From NCBI GenBank assembly GCA_033442325.1, contig JAWQFM010000012.1, forward strand, positions 1,634,459 through 1,698,458: DNA of 64,000 nt, in the 5' to 3' direction. This stretch comes from Salpingoeca rosetta. Lineage: Eukaryota > Protista > Choanoflagellata. Position 1 is the first letter of the stretch. Each line of letters opens with the position of its first letter. Under the pieces are notes generated by a model. That model saw only the letters and a program-made list of their open reading frames with translations. It had not been told where the DNA came from and searched no databases. The position numbers and the translations under genes are program-made. Below, piece after piece: positions 12,520 to 26,382 of the stretch.

Positions 12520-14351
12520 TCACAACAACTGGTGGTGGTGGTGGTGGTGGGATTGCTGGGGATTGCTGTTGTGGTGACTTGGTGTAGTGTGTTGGGTGGC
12601 AGTGCCGGCAGGTGCAGATGATGACTGCGGCACATCTGTTCCATCCGTATGCACCCTGGCGAGGTGATCGAACGTGTGCACCTCGTGCATGTCAATGGGT
12701 GTGTTGAGCTGCTCCAACAGCCGCAGCCACGCCTCGTCCGTTTTTGGTTGGTCGCCACTGCATCAAGTGGGCAGACGGGGAAGAGGGTGGGCAAAGGATT
12801 GCAACAGGTGAGGAGAAGGCAACACAACTCGCACGCACGCACACTCGCATACACACGCACGCATACACACACGCATACACACATGCACACACGCATGCAC
12901 ACATGAGACGCACCAGAGGCAGTTTGCGAGGCATGTGCAGAATGCGCCACACATGCAGTTGTCCCAGGGACACAACAGCTTCTTTGCGTCCTCCAACCCA
13001 AGAACAGATTGTGAGCGAAGGCGCGATTGCAATTGCAGCTGCAGCTGGTGTCGCGTGGCCCCACATCCGCCTCCATGCGGTGGTGGTGGTCGTGGTGGTG
13101 GTGTTGTTGTTGTTACTGTTGCTGCTGCTGTTGGTGGTATTGCTGCTGTTGTTACTGGTTCGTGCTGCTGCTTGACCACAAGTGACGACGGCAGGCGTTG
13201 TTGCTGCTGTTGGTGTGGATGGTGCTGGGGTTGTGATTGACAAGACTGTGGCTCGTGAATGTTGACTTGCTGTGGTTGCTGCTGCAATTGTGGCTGCAAG
13301 AGCGGCTGTGTCTGCTGCTGTGGTGCGTGCGCGAGATGAGTCGGCTGAGAAAGGTTGACGGGAGGGGCAGCAGCGTCAACTGCAGAGTCAGGTGCGTGCG
13401 GTGGCAAATCCTGGGCTGCGGTTTGCTGTTGAGTTGAGCAACAGCTACTTGACAGCCGTGCTTGCTGCTGTGCAATGTCGTCAGTAACGAAGGATGCAGG
13501 CGGGAACGAGCAAGCTGTTGTGGACAATGGGACGGTTGTGGCCGGTGGCGCTGATGGAAGCATGGAAGGGTTGGGTGACAGCGGTGCTGGACGACAGCAC
13601 GCCGAGCCTTGCGCAGGCTCCGTGTGCATCGAGTCTGGGCTGAGCATGGGCGTATCGGCCTCCTTGATTGGTGTGCCCATGTGCCCACAGCACGTTGGTG
13701 TGGCCGCAGGTTGTTGTTGTTGGTGGTAGCAGTGGTCCACGAGGTCATGTTGATGCTGCTGCTCGTGATGTTCGCTGCTTTGTGCGGCTTCGCGAATCCA
13801 GTCTTCGTCCGTCTTCTCCACCGTTCCGCTGCACACACAACCGATGAAAGTGTCAGCAACGAGTAATCACCCCAGACAAAAAAAAAACAAGCTGTGCAAT
13901 GGCACGCACACATACACACGGATGTTAGCGCGTAAGCACACACAAGCACACAAGCACACACACACACAAATGCACGCACAGAAATACATGCACACATGCA
14001 CACAAATGCACGCACCACGTGCAGCTTGAATTGCAGTAGCAGGCGCCCTGGCAGTGGCAGTCCTTCCACCGACACGACTCCTCCCGGCGAAGAGCGGCCG
14101 CAAGCAGTGACAGCACCTGCTTTGGGGTCTGCGAAACCGCACTGCCCAATAGCGCCGGGTCGCCGCTGCCAAGATGCTGGTGACTGTCAATGTGGTGGTG
14201 GTGATGGTGGTGGTGGGTGGCGGTTGTGGGTGCCAGGTGTACTGGCTGTGGGGTCGCCTGCGCAGTGACGGGCATGCTGGTGGCGGCTGACAAAGCGTGA
14301 GCGTGTGGTGCCGGTGGTGCCGATGATGGCTCCTGAGACTGGGGGTATTGC

Positions 14352-14406
<55 letters not shown>

Positions 14407-14423
14407 GCTGCTGTTGTTGTTGC

Positions 14424-14469
<46 letters not shown>

Positions 14470-14684
14470 GATGCTGTGGTTGACGTTGTTGTTGTTGATG
14501 CTGTGGTTGACGTTGTTGTTGTTGATGATGTGGTTGACGTTGTTCTTGTTGCCGATGTTGTTGTTGCTGGTGGTGCTGATGTTGATGCTGTTGGACAGCA
14601 ATGCGGTGGTCCGAGGCGACGAGTGACGCAAGCTTCTTGTTCATCTCCGCGACACGATTTGCACTGGCACGCCTGCCATTGGTA

Positions 14685-14724
<40 letters not shown>

Positions 14725-15850
14725 TTCGACTCGCGTGTGCACTGCCGTTGGTGTGAACAGGGTCACGGCCACTGTTCGGGCTGGTGCTGCTGCTGGTGGA
14801 GTTGCAGGTGCGGCTGGAAGCGGGCACGGCCGGGGCGGTCGCATCGTGTGCACGGCCTGTGCCAGACGCTCCGCATTGCATGTCGGCACTGGCAGNNNNN
14901 NNNNNNNNNNNNNNNNNNNNNNNNNNNNNNNNNNNNNNNNNNNNNNNNNNNNNNNNNNNNNNNNNNNNNNNNNNNNNNNNNNNNNNNNNNNNNNNGTGTT
15001 GCCAAAAGCGTTGCTTGAGTAAGGTACGGTGGAAAGCAGGACCCGTGCCTTGTGAATACCTCGAAAGCATGCAAGCACACACACACGCACGCACGCATGC
15101 ATGTCAGCACCCACACGTACACGCATGCAATCACACGCACACGCATATGCATGCACACGTGTGTCCACTGACGCGATAGTCGCTGCTGCGGACAAAAGTG
15201 GCTGAGCATATGCAGCACTGGTACGGCCGTTCGCCAGTGTGCACGCGCTCATGGACGCGCAAGTCGGACTTTCGGGTGAAGGTGGAGGAGCAGCCTGGAA
15301 ATGGGCACGGGAACGTGGTCTGCTTCCCAAAGTGGGTCTGCTGCTTGTGTCGCCATAGATTTCGCTTCTGGGGAAACATGTGTTGAGCAAAGCAATGCGG
15401 AGACAAACAAGCATGAGACCGTGGAAATGGGATCAGGAGCAGGAAGGACAGCACACCACCACGCCAAGGAGTCCGCAGGATCGGACACGACGCGAGGGAG
15501 GAGTTGTTGCAGCCGCAAGGCAACAGTCGAAAGCATCAGAAGCCACAAACGAACATCAACCAAACGAACCAAAGTGTCACACGCACACACACACACACAC
15601 ACACACTAGAACCTACATGTGCATAGTCCTTCCCGCATATGTCGCATGTGAACCGAGACGATGCTGAGGATGATGACGATGTGTGTGGCGTGGCATCGTC
15701 TGATGTCGCTGTGGATCCTGTTGTAGTTGGTGTGGTTGGAACAACGGTTGCTGGTGCAGGTTGCGAGGCCGGCACTGACGACCCCGCCATGTTACACAGC
15801 AGAGACAGATATCCTACGTGTGGGTATTGCCGCTGAGTGGCTGATGGCAG

Positions 15851-15881
<31 letters not shown>

Positions 15882-15925
15882 ACTGGGAGAGGAGAGGCGC
15901 TCGTGTTGATGGATGGGATGGACAT
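12520..15925 (-). CDS. C2H2 zinc-finger transcription factor (at least 3 fingers) with polyQ and two Cys-rich (CxCx3)3 modules
   Basis: Fingers: [24 protein letters not shown] (intron 15616-15368), [30 protein letters not shown] linker, then [17 protein letters not shown] (donor at 15172; the rest probably lies in the N gap). PolyQ at ~14350-14600. Later introns 14015-13829 and 12913-12758. Stop at 12520. Start is 15925 or 15790. Confidence 0.8.
14896..14995. other. Assembly gap (100 N), probably hiding an exon boundary of the zinc-finger gene
   Basis: Run of N. The His pair of the third finger is missing from the flanks. Confidence 0.95.
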
Positions 15926-16082
15926 GTGTAGAACAACAAGAGTGGCTTCAAGCACAGCATGCGTTGCGTTTGGGCCAAAACGCGCGGCGCGGTGGGAAAT
16001 GTAGATATTTGGTGGAAATCTTTTTATGACATTCGGCAAAGTGAGAGGAGACAAGCCAGCCAAGTCAGGCAAGCAAGACACA

Positions 16083-16268
<186 letters not shown>

Positions 16269-16390
16269 GAAAATGTACAAAGGTCAGGCAGAGCAAGAAG
16301 CAACAGCAAAAAGGCGAGGAATAACGGTTGTTGCTCGCTTGACATTGCTGTGGCGGTCGTTAGAGTCGTGTAACGTAAGAGGGCACGCTG

Positions 16391-16768
16391 CTACTGGAGA
16401 GAGCAGAACCCTGATGTGTTGGACTGTGACTTGATGGGTTTTCGTGTCGGGGAAGCATCTGCCTGCTGTCCAAGGCTTGCCACGCTCTCGCGCTCCGCAT
16501 GGCTCTGTACAGGGATGGACGTCGTCACCGCTTTCAACTGCAAGCACAATGTCGGTTGTGCATGTGTGTGTGTAAGAAGGCTGCTGCAACCCGCATGAAC
16601 ATGAACATGCAAGCGCACACAAACACACAAACACGCACAAACACACACAAGCACGCGCTCACCCTGACGGCCTCCTGTTCCTGCTGGGAAACGCTCACAC
16701 CGGTGATCTCCGCAATGATTTCGCGGAACATGAGCTCAATCTGGCACACACACACACACACACACACG

Positions 16769-16809
<41 letters not shown>

Positions 16810-17354
16810 GCACGCACGCACGCACGCACGCATACACACACGCGCGCGCGCAGCCACCAAGGCCAATGTGAACAGGGGAGGGAAGAAAAAAGGGGGTTGT
16901 GGGTTGAGGGAAGGGGAGGTGGGTGGGTGGAGTGGCAAGTGAGTGGAGGAGCGATGGGGTTGTGGTTGCAAAGGTGCTTGCTTGGGTGTTTGCTGCGTGC
17001 GGTGAAGCTGCTTGGTTGCTTGGTGAGCACATGCACACCAAAGGCCACGGGTCACAGCGGCCGCTTACATGCATCCAACAGCCAACGGCCAACAGCCAAC
17101 AGCCAACGGCGACAACAACAGCAACAATACAAGCTCAAACTACACCATATCTGAATCACGCTTGGCCTCCAGCAAGCGCACATGCGCACGCGTGCACGCA
17201 CCGCCTTTGAGTTTCTGGCGGAGACGTGGAAGGACATCCAGCCCGAGTTATTGCAGCGCTGGGCATGTAGGGCGGGGGAGACGGCACGCTGGTGCTCGAG
17301 ATCAACTGGTCGGCGGTGGTCGTGGTGGTGGTATCGTTGTTGTTGTTGTTGTGA

Positions 17355-17397
<43 letters not shown>

Positions 17398-18741
17398 GGG
17401 GCATCGTTGTTGTGTGTTGTTTGTTGGGGTTGTTGGTGGTGGACATCGTCGTCGTCGACGTCGTCGTCGTCGTCGTCGTCGTCGTGGGTGTTGTGCGTGT
17501 TGTGGTGGTTGGTTGGCAGCGAGCGTGTGCGGAAGAGAAGGCAGTGGCGTGCATGGAGGTAGAGATGTGAGTGACCGTGACAAGAGGTGGGGCACAGAAC
17601 AAAGGTGGTGAGGCGTTACAATGAGAACTTGTTGAAGAGCGAGAGAGGGGGAGGGGGACAAACACCAGCGCGTCACCGACCTTTGTTAGCGACGAGGGCA
17701 CACTTTGGCTTCTTTGGCTTGTCCACAAATGTCTTTGTGACAATGGCCCGCCAGTCATTGAGGTTCTCAAAGCTCTCGCGGTTGGAGATGTCGTACACAA
17801 ACAGCACCACCTGGTCGCGTGGACGTGCGCGCATGTATTGTTGGGGGTGGATGGTTTAGTGAGTACGGTGTTGGGAAGCACAGGGGCTACGCGGTGAATC
17901 ATTGAATGGTAATCGGTAGGGAGGGGGTGGTGGGGTGACGAATGCAACTGTGTGTGTGTGTGGGGGGGGGGGGGAGATGCGTGCAAACGGGCGGGGCAAG
18001 CAAGCTTGCTTGCTCGCTCGCAAGGGAAGGCATGGTAACGCACGAAGACCTCACACCTGTGCGTTCTCCAGGTATGTCTTCAGCATCTTGCCGCCAATAC
18101 TCTGACCACCAACGTCCCATAACTGCATGGTTACGTGTTTGTCCTCTGCCCGTGTATCATTGGATACGTGAGGCGGGTGAGGCGGGGCGGGGGGTGGAAG
18201 TTGGAGAGGGAAGAGGTAGGCGCGGACAAGGGACAGAGGCAGAAGAAGCGGAGAAATGCCACAACAGGCGAGAAGAGGCACATGCACACACATATCCACA
18301 CACACACGCACACGCACAACTCACGCACGCACGCACGCACATGCACACACTTGGAAGGTCGACGCGCTTGAGGAAAAAGTCCAGGCCAACGGTTTGGTTG
18401 TAGGCGGGTGCAAACGCGTCTTGGCAGTACCGTGTGATGATGGACGTCTGTATTCGTGCATTCGTACATGGTGTTAGATCTTGTCATCACAGGCATCGTG
18501 TCATATCAACTTGGCGGAGTGCTCCGCAAAGAGAAAGGGGGGGATGGCTGATGTTGTGTGCGTGTGTGTCTGTCTGTCTGTCTGTCTGTCGCACGAGATG
18601 TACACACAAGTACACTTGCATGCGCACCACTCATGCACGCATACAGAGACACACAGACACACAGACACACATACGCACCTTCCCCGTGGATCCATCACCG
18701 ACAACCACCACCTTGATGGTTTGTACGCTGTCGTCTGCCAT
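16391..18741 (-). CDS. RAB28: Rab28 small GTPase, 7 exons
   Basis: [23 protein letters not shown], the Rab28-typical [20 protein letters not shown]/xD, VSAR, and a C-terminal CaaX box CSLQ-stop. Confidence 0.92.
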
Positions 18742-19070
18742 GACGATGTGTTTGTGCTGGTGCTCGCGTGTGTGTATGTGCGGTCTGCTCCTGGTGGAGT
18801 CAGCAGCAACAGCAGCAACAGCAGCAACAGCAGCAGCAGCAGGGAGGGCAGCAGCGGTCAGTCGTGCGTTTCCGTTGTTGTTTTGGTGCCGATTGTTGTG
18901 TTGTTGTTGGTGACGATTGATGGTCGTTCCCATCCCTCCATTTCTTAATTCCATCCACACACCCTTTCTTTCCTTCATTCTCCTTCTCTTGCTTCATTGA
19001 GTCCTTGCTCGCTCCCACATGTTCATTCGTTCCAAGGATGGCAGGCTGCACACCCACAGAACACACATGA

Positions 19071-19102
<32 letters not shown>

Positions 19103-19400
19103 CACGACACACGCACACGACACACACACACGCAGTCAAGGAACCCACCATAACCACAGCACCTCTTGCACTTGAATTCTTCTTGCGTCCTAGAACACGC
19201 ACCACGCCCACACTGGCACCACACCTCCGCTCAAAACGCACTCGCTTCCTTATCAAACACACACTCACATCCACACGCAGACAGCACCAAGCGATGTGAT
19301 GGCACATCCATATGGGAAAGCGCCATCACCGCTCCTGTTCCTCCGCCTCCTCTTCCTGCTGCTGCTGCTGTTGTTATTGTTGCTGTTGTTTTCTCGCGCC

Positions 19401-20371
19401 TCAGCGGCCCTTGAGGAACTTCTCGAGGAAGGTGGGCTGGGGCTTGGGACCCTGTTGTGGCAATGGGAGGAGGAGGGTGAGCAAGGATGTGGTGGGAATG
19501 GGGGGGGGGAGGGAGAGAGAGGGAAGGGAAGGAAGAGGTGAGGTGAGGTGAGGTGAGGGGAGGTGTCGCCACAAGGCCGTCATCAAACCTGACACGAACA
19601 TGCACACACATGCACGACGCACACACATGCACGATTACATTCACTTACATGCGAACGCATGCACGCACAGACACACACACACACACTCAGACGCACGAGT
19701 GCATACACATACGCACGAGTACATACACACACACACACAATGTCGACGAAAGACGTACCGCGGGGTCTTCCCAGAAGCGCATCACGTGCGTTTTTTGTTT
19801 CCACACCTTCATGGTCTCATCCAATTCCATTTGACCCTGCACATACACACACGTGCGGTGATGTTGTAAGCCACCCAAAGCCGAAACAAACGCCATGTCT
19901 CCGTGTCATAACCCTTGCGTTTCGTTCGCAAACGCCCGCATCCTTTGTGTACACGCACACGCACACACACACACACAACACAATACCTTAATGGTGAGCA
20001 TGTCAATCACGCGCACGTCGTCCACGTCCTTGTTCACCATGAACTTCTCCTTCAGCTGCACGGGGCGGGAAACAAGATAACAAAGCAGGGTGAGACCAAC
20101 ACAGAGTCAAACAGAGAGAGAGAGACGAGGAAGGAGTGGGAGGGAGGGGGAGTAGGAGGGCAAGTGGGAGTGGGAAAGATGAAACATGCGTGTACACACA
20201 AACACACACACACACACAGGTCACACAAAACACGATGAACAATATAGTATGCACAGCTTCGCATGGGTAGTTGTACCTTGTCCCTGCACTCCTGTGGCGT
20301 CTTTTCCAAACGGAAGATTTGGATAATCTCGGGAATCTGTGTGCATGAAGAGGAAGCCACGAGACCAACGA

Positions 20372-20407
<36 letters not shown>

Positions 20408-20661
20408 CTATTCCTTTGTGGAAACAGCGGTACTCTCAGTCCAATACAAACACACAAACACACAAGTGCACACCCGCACGCACTCCACACTGCACAAAAA
20501 CAACTTGCACTGCAAAACAACACCACCAACACCAACAACAACCTCAGACGCAAATGCGCACGCACCGATCTGAACCAGGCCCTGTAGAGACCAATCACAC
20601 GTGTCCTGGCAACAGCCTTGTTGGGCGAAATCATGCCCTCAACCAGCGCCTTTCCACTCAT
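19401..20661 (-). CDS. NDUFA6: NADH:ubiquinone oxidoreductase subunit A6 (B14, LYR family), 5 exons
   Basis: [62 protein letters not shown], and [11 protein letters not shown]-stop. Confidence 0.93.
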
Positions 20662-20932
20662 GGTGTGCGTATGCGTGTGTGTGTGAGGTCGGGCAAGACA
20701 AGGCAACGAGAGGAGGCAGAAGTGAAGACAGTGTGGAAGCAGCAGACAACTGAGACAGCGGCGGTCGCGAGCGAGAGAGAAATGTGGCTACACCATGTGA
20801 TGTCGCAAAAGTCACCGTGCGTGCGCCCGCCTGAAATTCAAGTTCAAACGTGAAACCGGCCGCTCACCTGATTCCCAAAGTGCCTGCAATTTTTTTTGCT
20901 TTGCTTGCAGCTCCTCCACACTAAGACCCAAG

Positions 20933-21278
20933 ATGATGGTGGCTGGTGTACTTGTTCGTGCTGGCGTGAGCGCTGCTCGCACTGGCGGCGTTGTGGCCGC
21001 TGCGGCCGTGGGTGCCGCCAACCGCGGAGGCGCACCCTGGGCCGGCGTGCGCTCCATGATGACAGACACCGTGAGCGACCTCACCGACACCCAACTCGAG
21101 GTAGGTAAACTTGGATGATGTGGTGGCGGCGATCGAAGGCGCTCATGCGCGTGTTGTGACATGAATTGCAACACACCACCGCACCAACCAAAACCAAACA
21201 CGCCAACGGAAGCACAAACCCTTTATTAAGGGTGCCCTCCTTGACATGTCGCGTTGTTACCTCATATGGCTGACCATG

Positions 21279-21363
<85 letters not shown>

Positions 21364-21823
21364 ATTGTGTGTGTGTGTGTGTTTGTTTGTGTGCGTTCGA
21401 TTGTTTGTCGTTTCGAAATGACAGCTCAAGGAGACAATCAACAAGTTTGCGCAGCAAGAGCTTGCCCCCTATGCGCAGGACATTGACAAGAACAACGGCT
21501 GGGACAACCTTCGGGTGCGTCGTCGTCTTGTTGTGGTCGTTGTAGTTGTAGTTGTTGTTGTAGTTGTTGTGGTCGTTGTAGTTGTAGTTGTTGTTCTTGT
21601 TGTTGTTGTTGTTCTTGTTCTTGTTCTTGTGCTTCTCTCTTCTCCTTCTCCCTCCCTTTCTGTCTTCTCTTCTTCTTCCTCCTCCTCTCCCTGTTCACTT
21701 GTGGTTGCCGTTCGTTGCTCCCTTTGTTTAACGTTTTACAGGAGTTCTGGAAGAAGCTGGGTGACCTTGGCCTTCTTGGCATCACCGCACCTGGTATGCG
21801 CCGTCCTGCGCTCAACGCTCGCG

Positions 21824-21882
<59 letters not shown>

Positions 21883-23680
21883 TGTGTCTGTGTCTGTGTG
21901 TCTGTGTGTGTGTGTGTCTGTGTGTCTGTGTGTGTGTCTGTGTCTGTGTGTGTGTGTGTGTCTGTTTCCACGTTGAGCATTTGTGTGTTCCATTCACGTA
22001 CGCACGTGCGTGGTGTGTTTGTAGAGGAATATGGTGGCTCTGCCCTTGGCTACACGGAGCACGTGATTGCCATGGAGGAACTCTCCCGCGCCTCTGGTTC
22101 CATTGCTCTTTCCTACGGTCAGTTTTGCTGCGTGTACAGTCATGCTCTTGCGCCACAATTATTGCACGCACACACACACACACACACACACACGCAAATA
22201 CGGAATACTTTCCTGCTTGCATGCGTACGTGCTCACAATACTTGCATCTGCCTTTTGATTTGCGTGTGCAGGTGCTCACAGCAACCTGTGCGTGAACCAG
22301 ATTGTTCGCAACGGCAACGAGGAGCAGAAGCAGAAGTACCTGCCCAAGGTGCACGGCCTGTGTGTCTGTCTGTGTGTATGTGTGTTTCGTGTCTGCGTGT
22401 CAATGTCAACAATGTGCTGGTCTGGTTTACGCTCTCGCTGCACCGCAATCACCACCACAAACACCAACTCACTCACCTCTCCTCCTTGCCTTGCGTGTGC
22501 ACCAGCTCATCTCTGGCGAGCACATGGGTGCGCTGGCCATGTCGGAGCCCGGCTCTGGCTCGGACGTCGTCTCAATGCAGCTCCGTGCACAGGAGGACGG
22601 TCAGTCGTCGTGGCAGTGATAGTGATGGTGGTGGTGGCGGTGGTGCTGTGCTGTGGTGCTGTGGTGCTGTGGTTGTAATGAGAGTGCATGTACACCCCCA
22701 GTTGTCGCTGCTGATACTGCGCTTTTGTTTGATGGCGGTATTGTGCTTCCCTATGTTTCCCCTCATCAATGTGCCCACGCTCTTACTCGCCCCTAACATC
22801 CTCTCCTCGTCTCATGGTGCCAATTCATTCACACCAACAACAACAAAAACAACAACAATAACAACAACCAACAACAACAACAAACAACAAACAACCACCG
22901 CCACCACAGGCGACTCGTATGTGCTGAACGGCAACAAGTTCTGGATCACCAACGGCCCCGACGCCGACGTGCTCGTCGTCTACGCAAAGACAGATATGAG
23001 CGCACACCAGCACGGCATCACCGCGTTCCTCGTGGAGAAGGTACAGGCGCCCGGCCGCGTCACTGTGTGTGCCTTGGTGTGTGTGTGCGTGTGTTGGTGT
23101 GTCTGTGTGTCTGTGTATGCGTTGGTGTGTGTGTGTGTCTGTGTCTGTGTTTGCCTGCGTGCGTCTGCCTATTTGTCTGCCATTGCTTACACATGTATTT
23201 CCTCCTCATTTCTCCCTCCCCCCCCCCTTTTTTTTTCTCCCTTTTCGACCACCGCTGCCAGGACTTTGAAGGATTCAGCACTGCGCAGAAGCTTGACAAG
23301 CTTGGCATGCGTGGCTCAAACACGTGCGAGCTTGTTTTCGAGAACTGCCGCGTCCCAAAGGGTAAACGCACACCCACGCGCGCACACGCATACACGCGCG
23401 CGCGCCGTCACCCCTGATGCAATGGCGTGGGTGATTGTTGGTTGTGTTGGGGTGTGAGGTGGGTCTGCGAGGGTGTGCACTTGTTGTGCTGTGTTGTGTT
23501 GTGTTGTGAACCAGAACGCTCCCTCACTTTGCAAGCACGGTTGCCTGCGCCTGTGTGCAGAGAATGTGCTTGGCGAGGTGAACAAGGGCGTGTATGTGCT
23601 CATGTCTGGTCTCGATCTTGAGCGCCTCGTCCTCGCCGGCGGCCCACTCGGCCTCATGCAGGTACAATCATGCACGCACG

Positions 23681-23720
<40 letters not shown>

Positions 23721-24890
23721 CGCGCGCGCTCCCCTGCCACCTGCGTGCTTCCACGCCTCCGCCACCTCGTGCGCTCACGCGCTCACACCACCATTCCCCC
23801 CCCCCAACCAGGCCGCTGTTGATGTGTCCTTTGATTACGTGCACGAGCGCAAGCAGTTTGGCAAGCCCATCGGTACCTTCCAGGTGCGTACATATCCATG
23901 TCCACCACCACCACCGTGATCAGCACAACGCGTCATCACCTTGCTGCCGGAAGCGCTTGCTTCACGTTCCGCTGTCCTCACACACGCTCGTTGTGTTTGG
24001 CGCCTGCTGCCCTCAACGTGCCAAAACCATGCAACAACGCTGACACCAACGAAACCACCACCGACCACTCCCATGGCGACTGCTTGCCTGTGGCAGATGA
24101 TGCAAGCCAAGCTGGCTGACATGTACACGACGCTCAGCGCCAACCGCGCATATGTCTACTCCGTCGCCAAGAAGTGCGACAAGGGCATTGTCGAGAGCAA
24201 GGTCGGTGCGCCATGTGTGTGTGTGTGTATTTGTCCATGTTGCTGTCTGTCTGGCCTTTGTGCTTTGTGTGTATGTGTGTGTGTGTGTGTCTACTTTCCA
24301 AGACCTGGTTGCCCTGTTTCCCCCTCCCCCCTCCTTGCTTCACCTCCTCATTTCCACCCATGTCGTCTTCCTCTTGCCATTTCTTGTTGCAGGACTGTGC
24401 TGGTGTGATTCTTTACTCTGCCGAGGCCGCCACCAAGGTTGCCCTCGACGCCATCCAGTGCCTCGGTAAGCACAGTAGCCAATACAGTGTCCCACCGTAC
24501 GACCAGGCACCAACCACAACACACATATTGCACACACACCCACTCACTCACACACACACACACATTTTGCACGCACGCACACACACACACACACATTGCG
24601 CACGCACATTTTGCACACACACACATTGCGCACGCACACACACACACACACACAACAAACACGCACACAACACACAACACACACACTCTCTCTCACGTAT
24701 CCTGCTCTCACAAACATGACACAAATACAACCCCTCTCCCCATTCCACTACCACAGGCGGCAACGGGTACATCAACGACTACCCGACTGGGCGCATCATG
24801 CGCGATGCCAAGCTGTACGAGATTGGTGCCGGCACGAGCGAGATCCGCCGCCTTCTCATCGGCCGCGCCTTCAACTCCATGTACCGCTGA
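20933..24890 (+). CDS. IVD: Mitochondrial isovaleryl-CoA dehydrogenase, ~13 exons
   Basis: Transit-like N-terminus, then [62 protein letters not shown] (IVD-type catalytic Glu) and [31 protein letters not shown]. Confidence 0.96.
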
Positions 24891-25069
24891 GCACACACCA
24901 CGCCACGTGCCCCTGATGCTCCTGTCTGTGGCCCTTTCTCCCTTCACCCTCCCCCTTCTTTGTAGTAGCTGTCAATGCTTTTGAGTATGTGTGTGTGTGT
25001 GTGTGCTTGTGCAGATGTCGTCCTTCCATCCATCTCTGCCCGTGTCTCCTCCGTTGTCTCTGCATCCTG

Positions 25070-25809
25070 CTATGCGTGAGTCAAGTCTGTGCTAGTGGCG
25101 TCGCTGCTGCTGTGCTGTTGGCTCCCGCCCCCATGGTGTGGTGATGTGTGCTGCACGTGCGTGCTTGTGTTGTGCGCCACTGCTGGCGATATTGCGCTGC
25201 CCTGCTGTTGTGGTCCCAATAGAGACGTTGCAGTGGCAGGTGATACAGATGACACGTGTGGGCCGGCGTGCTCTTGGTGCGCGTGCTGTGTTTCGAGAGA
25301 TTGGCCTTGCTGGCCTTGCTGTTCCTGCTTCATCTTCTCTGCCTTGGCCAGGTTCTTGGCGCGCACCTCATGCAAGCACGCCTGTGACGCTGTGAAGGAG
25401 GTCGCTGCGCTGGCAACCGATGCAGACACTGCAGTCACGCGCAGAAGAGCGGGTTGTGAGTGTGCCGTAACCATGTTGTGTGGGCGCCCGATACATGCGA
25501 GTCAATCCAAACCAACAACGCGCTTCCCCAGTGAGCAAAACAGAATGTGAACGTACACAAGTGCATGGGCGCACATGTACGCGCGCAGGTACGTCTAACC
25601 ACGTCGTTCTCCCTTTCCCTCCCCCTCTCTCCCGCTCTCTTTGCCTACCCTTCCCTCACTGTCTGTGTGGCACATACGCACCGATGCTGCTGACGAGGAT
25701 GTAACGGTGGAACGTTGGGTCGACCCGCCTGGCATACGTGCGACCGCCCAGGAACACGAGGCCGCCCATGGCAACAAATGCCAGCGCACCTCCCTTCACC
25801 GCCTTCCAC

Positions 25810-25841
<32 letters not shown>

Positions 25842-25842
25842 T

Positions 25843-25924
<82 letters not shown>

Positions 25925-26134
25925 GTGTGTGTGCAGGTGTGTGAGGAAGGAAGGGGGAACAAATGTCATGTGTCACGGGAGAGAGAGAGAGAGAGACGCG
26001 CGGTCATGGCAATCATTGCCGGAGTGTAGGGGTCGCTCATCGTGGCCTTGCCTCACCTGACATGTTCGCAGCACGTCCAAGTCATCCTTCTTGTGAGGAT
26101 ACCTGCGGCGAACCATCTCACTCAAGCTCGTCAT
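25070..26134 (-). CDS. Small two-TM membrane protein, TMEM141-like, 3 exons
   Basis: Exons 26134-26057, 25808-25682 and 25428-25070 splice in phase: MTSLSEMVRRRYPHKKDDLDVLRTCQ/WKAVKGGALAFVAMGGLVFLG...YILVSSI/VSASVASAATSFTASQAC. The CQ..KG + TM1 + TM2 + Cys pattern resembles TMEM141 from memory. Confidence 0.55.
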
Positions 26135-26382
26135 CGTGCCAAGTGGTCCCTACGTATGAATTAGTGTGCAACGCGAACGTGTTGCGGTGTGTTGTGCTAT
26201 GTTGTGTGTTGTGCGATGGGCTGTGGGCTGCTTGTCAACTGTTGCGACGAAAGAATGAATTGATTGGCGGTCGCGTCATGCATGTCATCTTGGCTGCAAT
26301 CGCGTTCGGAGCATCCAGGTGATTTCATGAACATCTTCTACCAATTTTCCACAATCGAATCCACTCGCTGCGTCGATCAACG

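Noticed and set aside
18742-19400. Search for an RFX X-box upstream of the cilium-associated Rab28
   Set aside because: No convincing GTTGCCATGGCAAC-like palindrome seen by eye. A PWM scan is needed.
21219-21232. CCCTTTATTAAGGG as a possible CArG box for SRF/MRTF
   Set aside because: It has an 8-nt A/T core rather than CC(A/T)6GG, it is intronic, and nothing else supports it.
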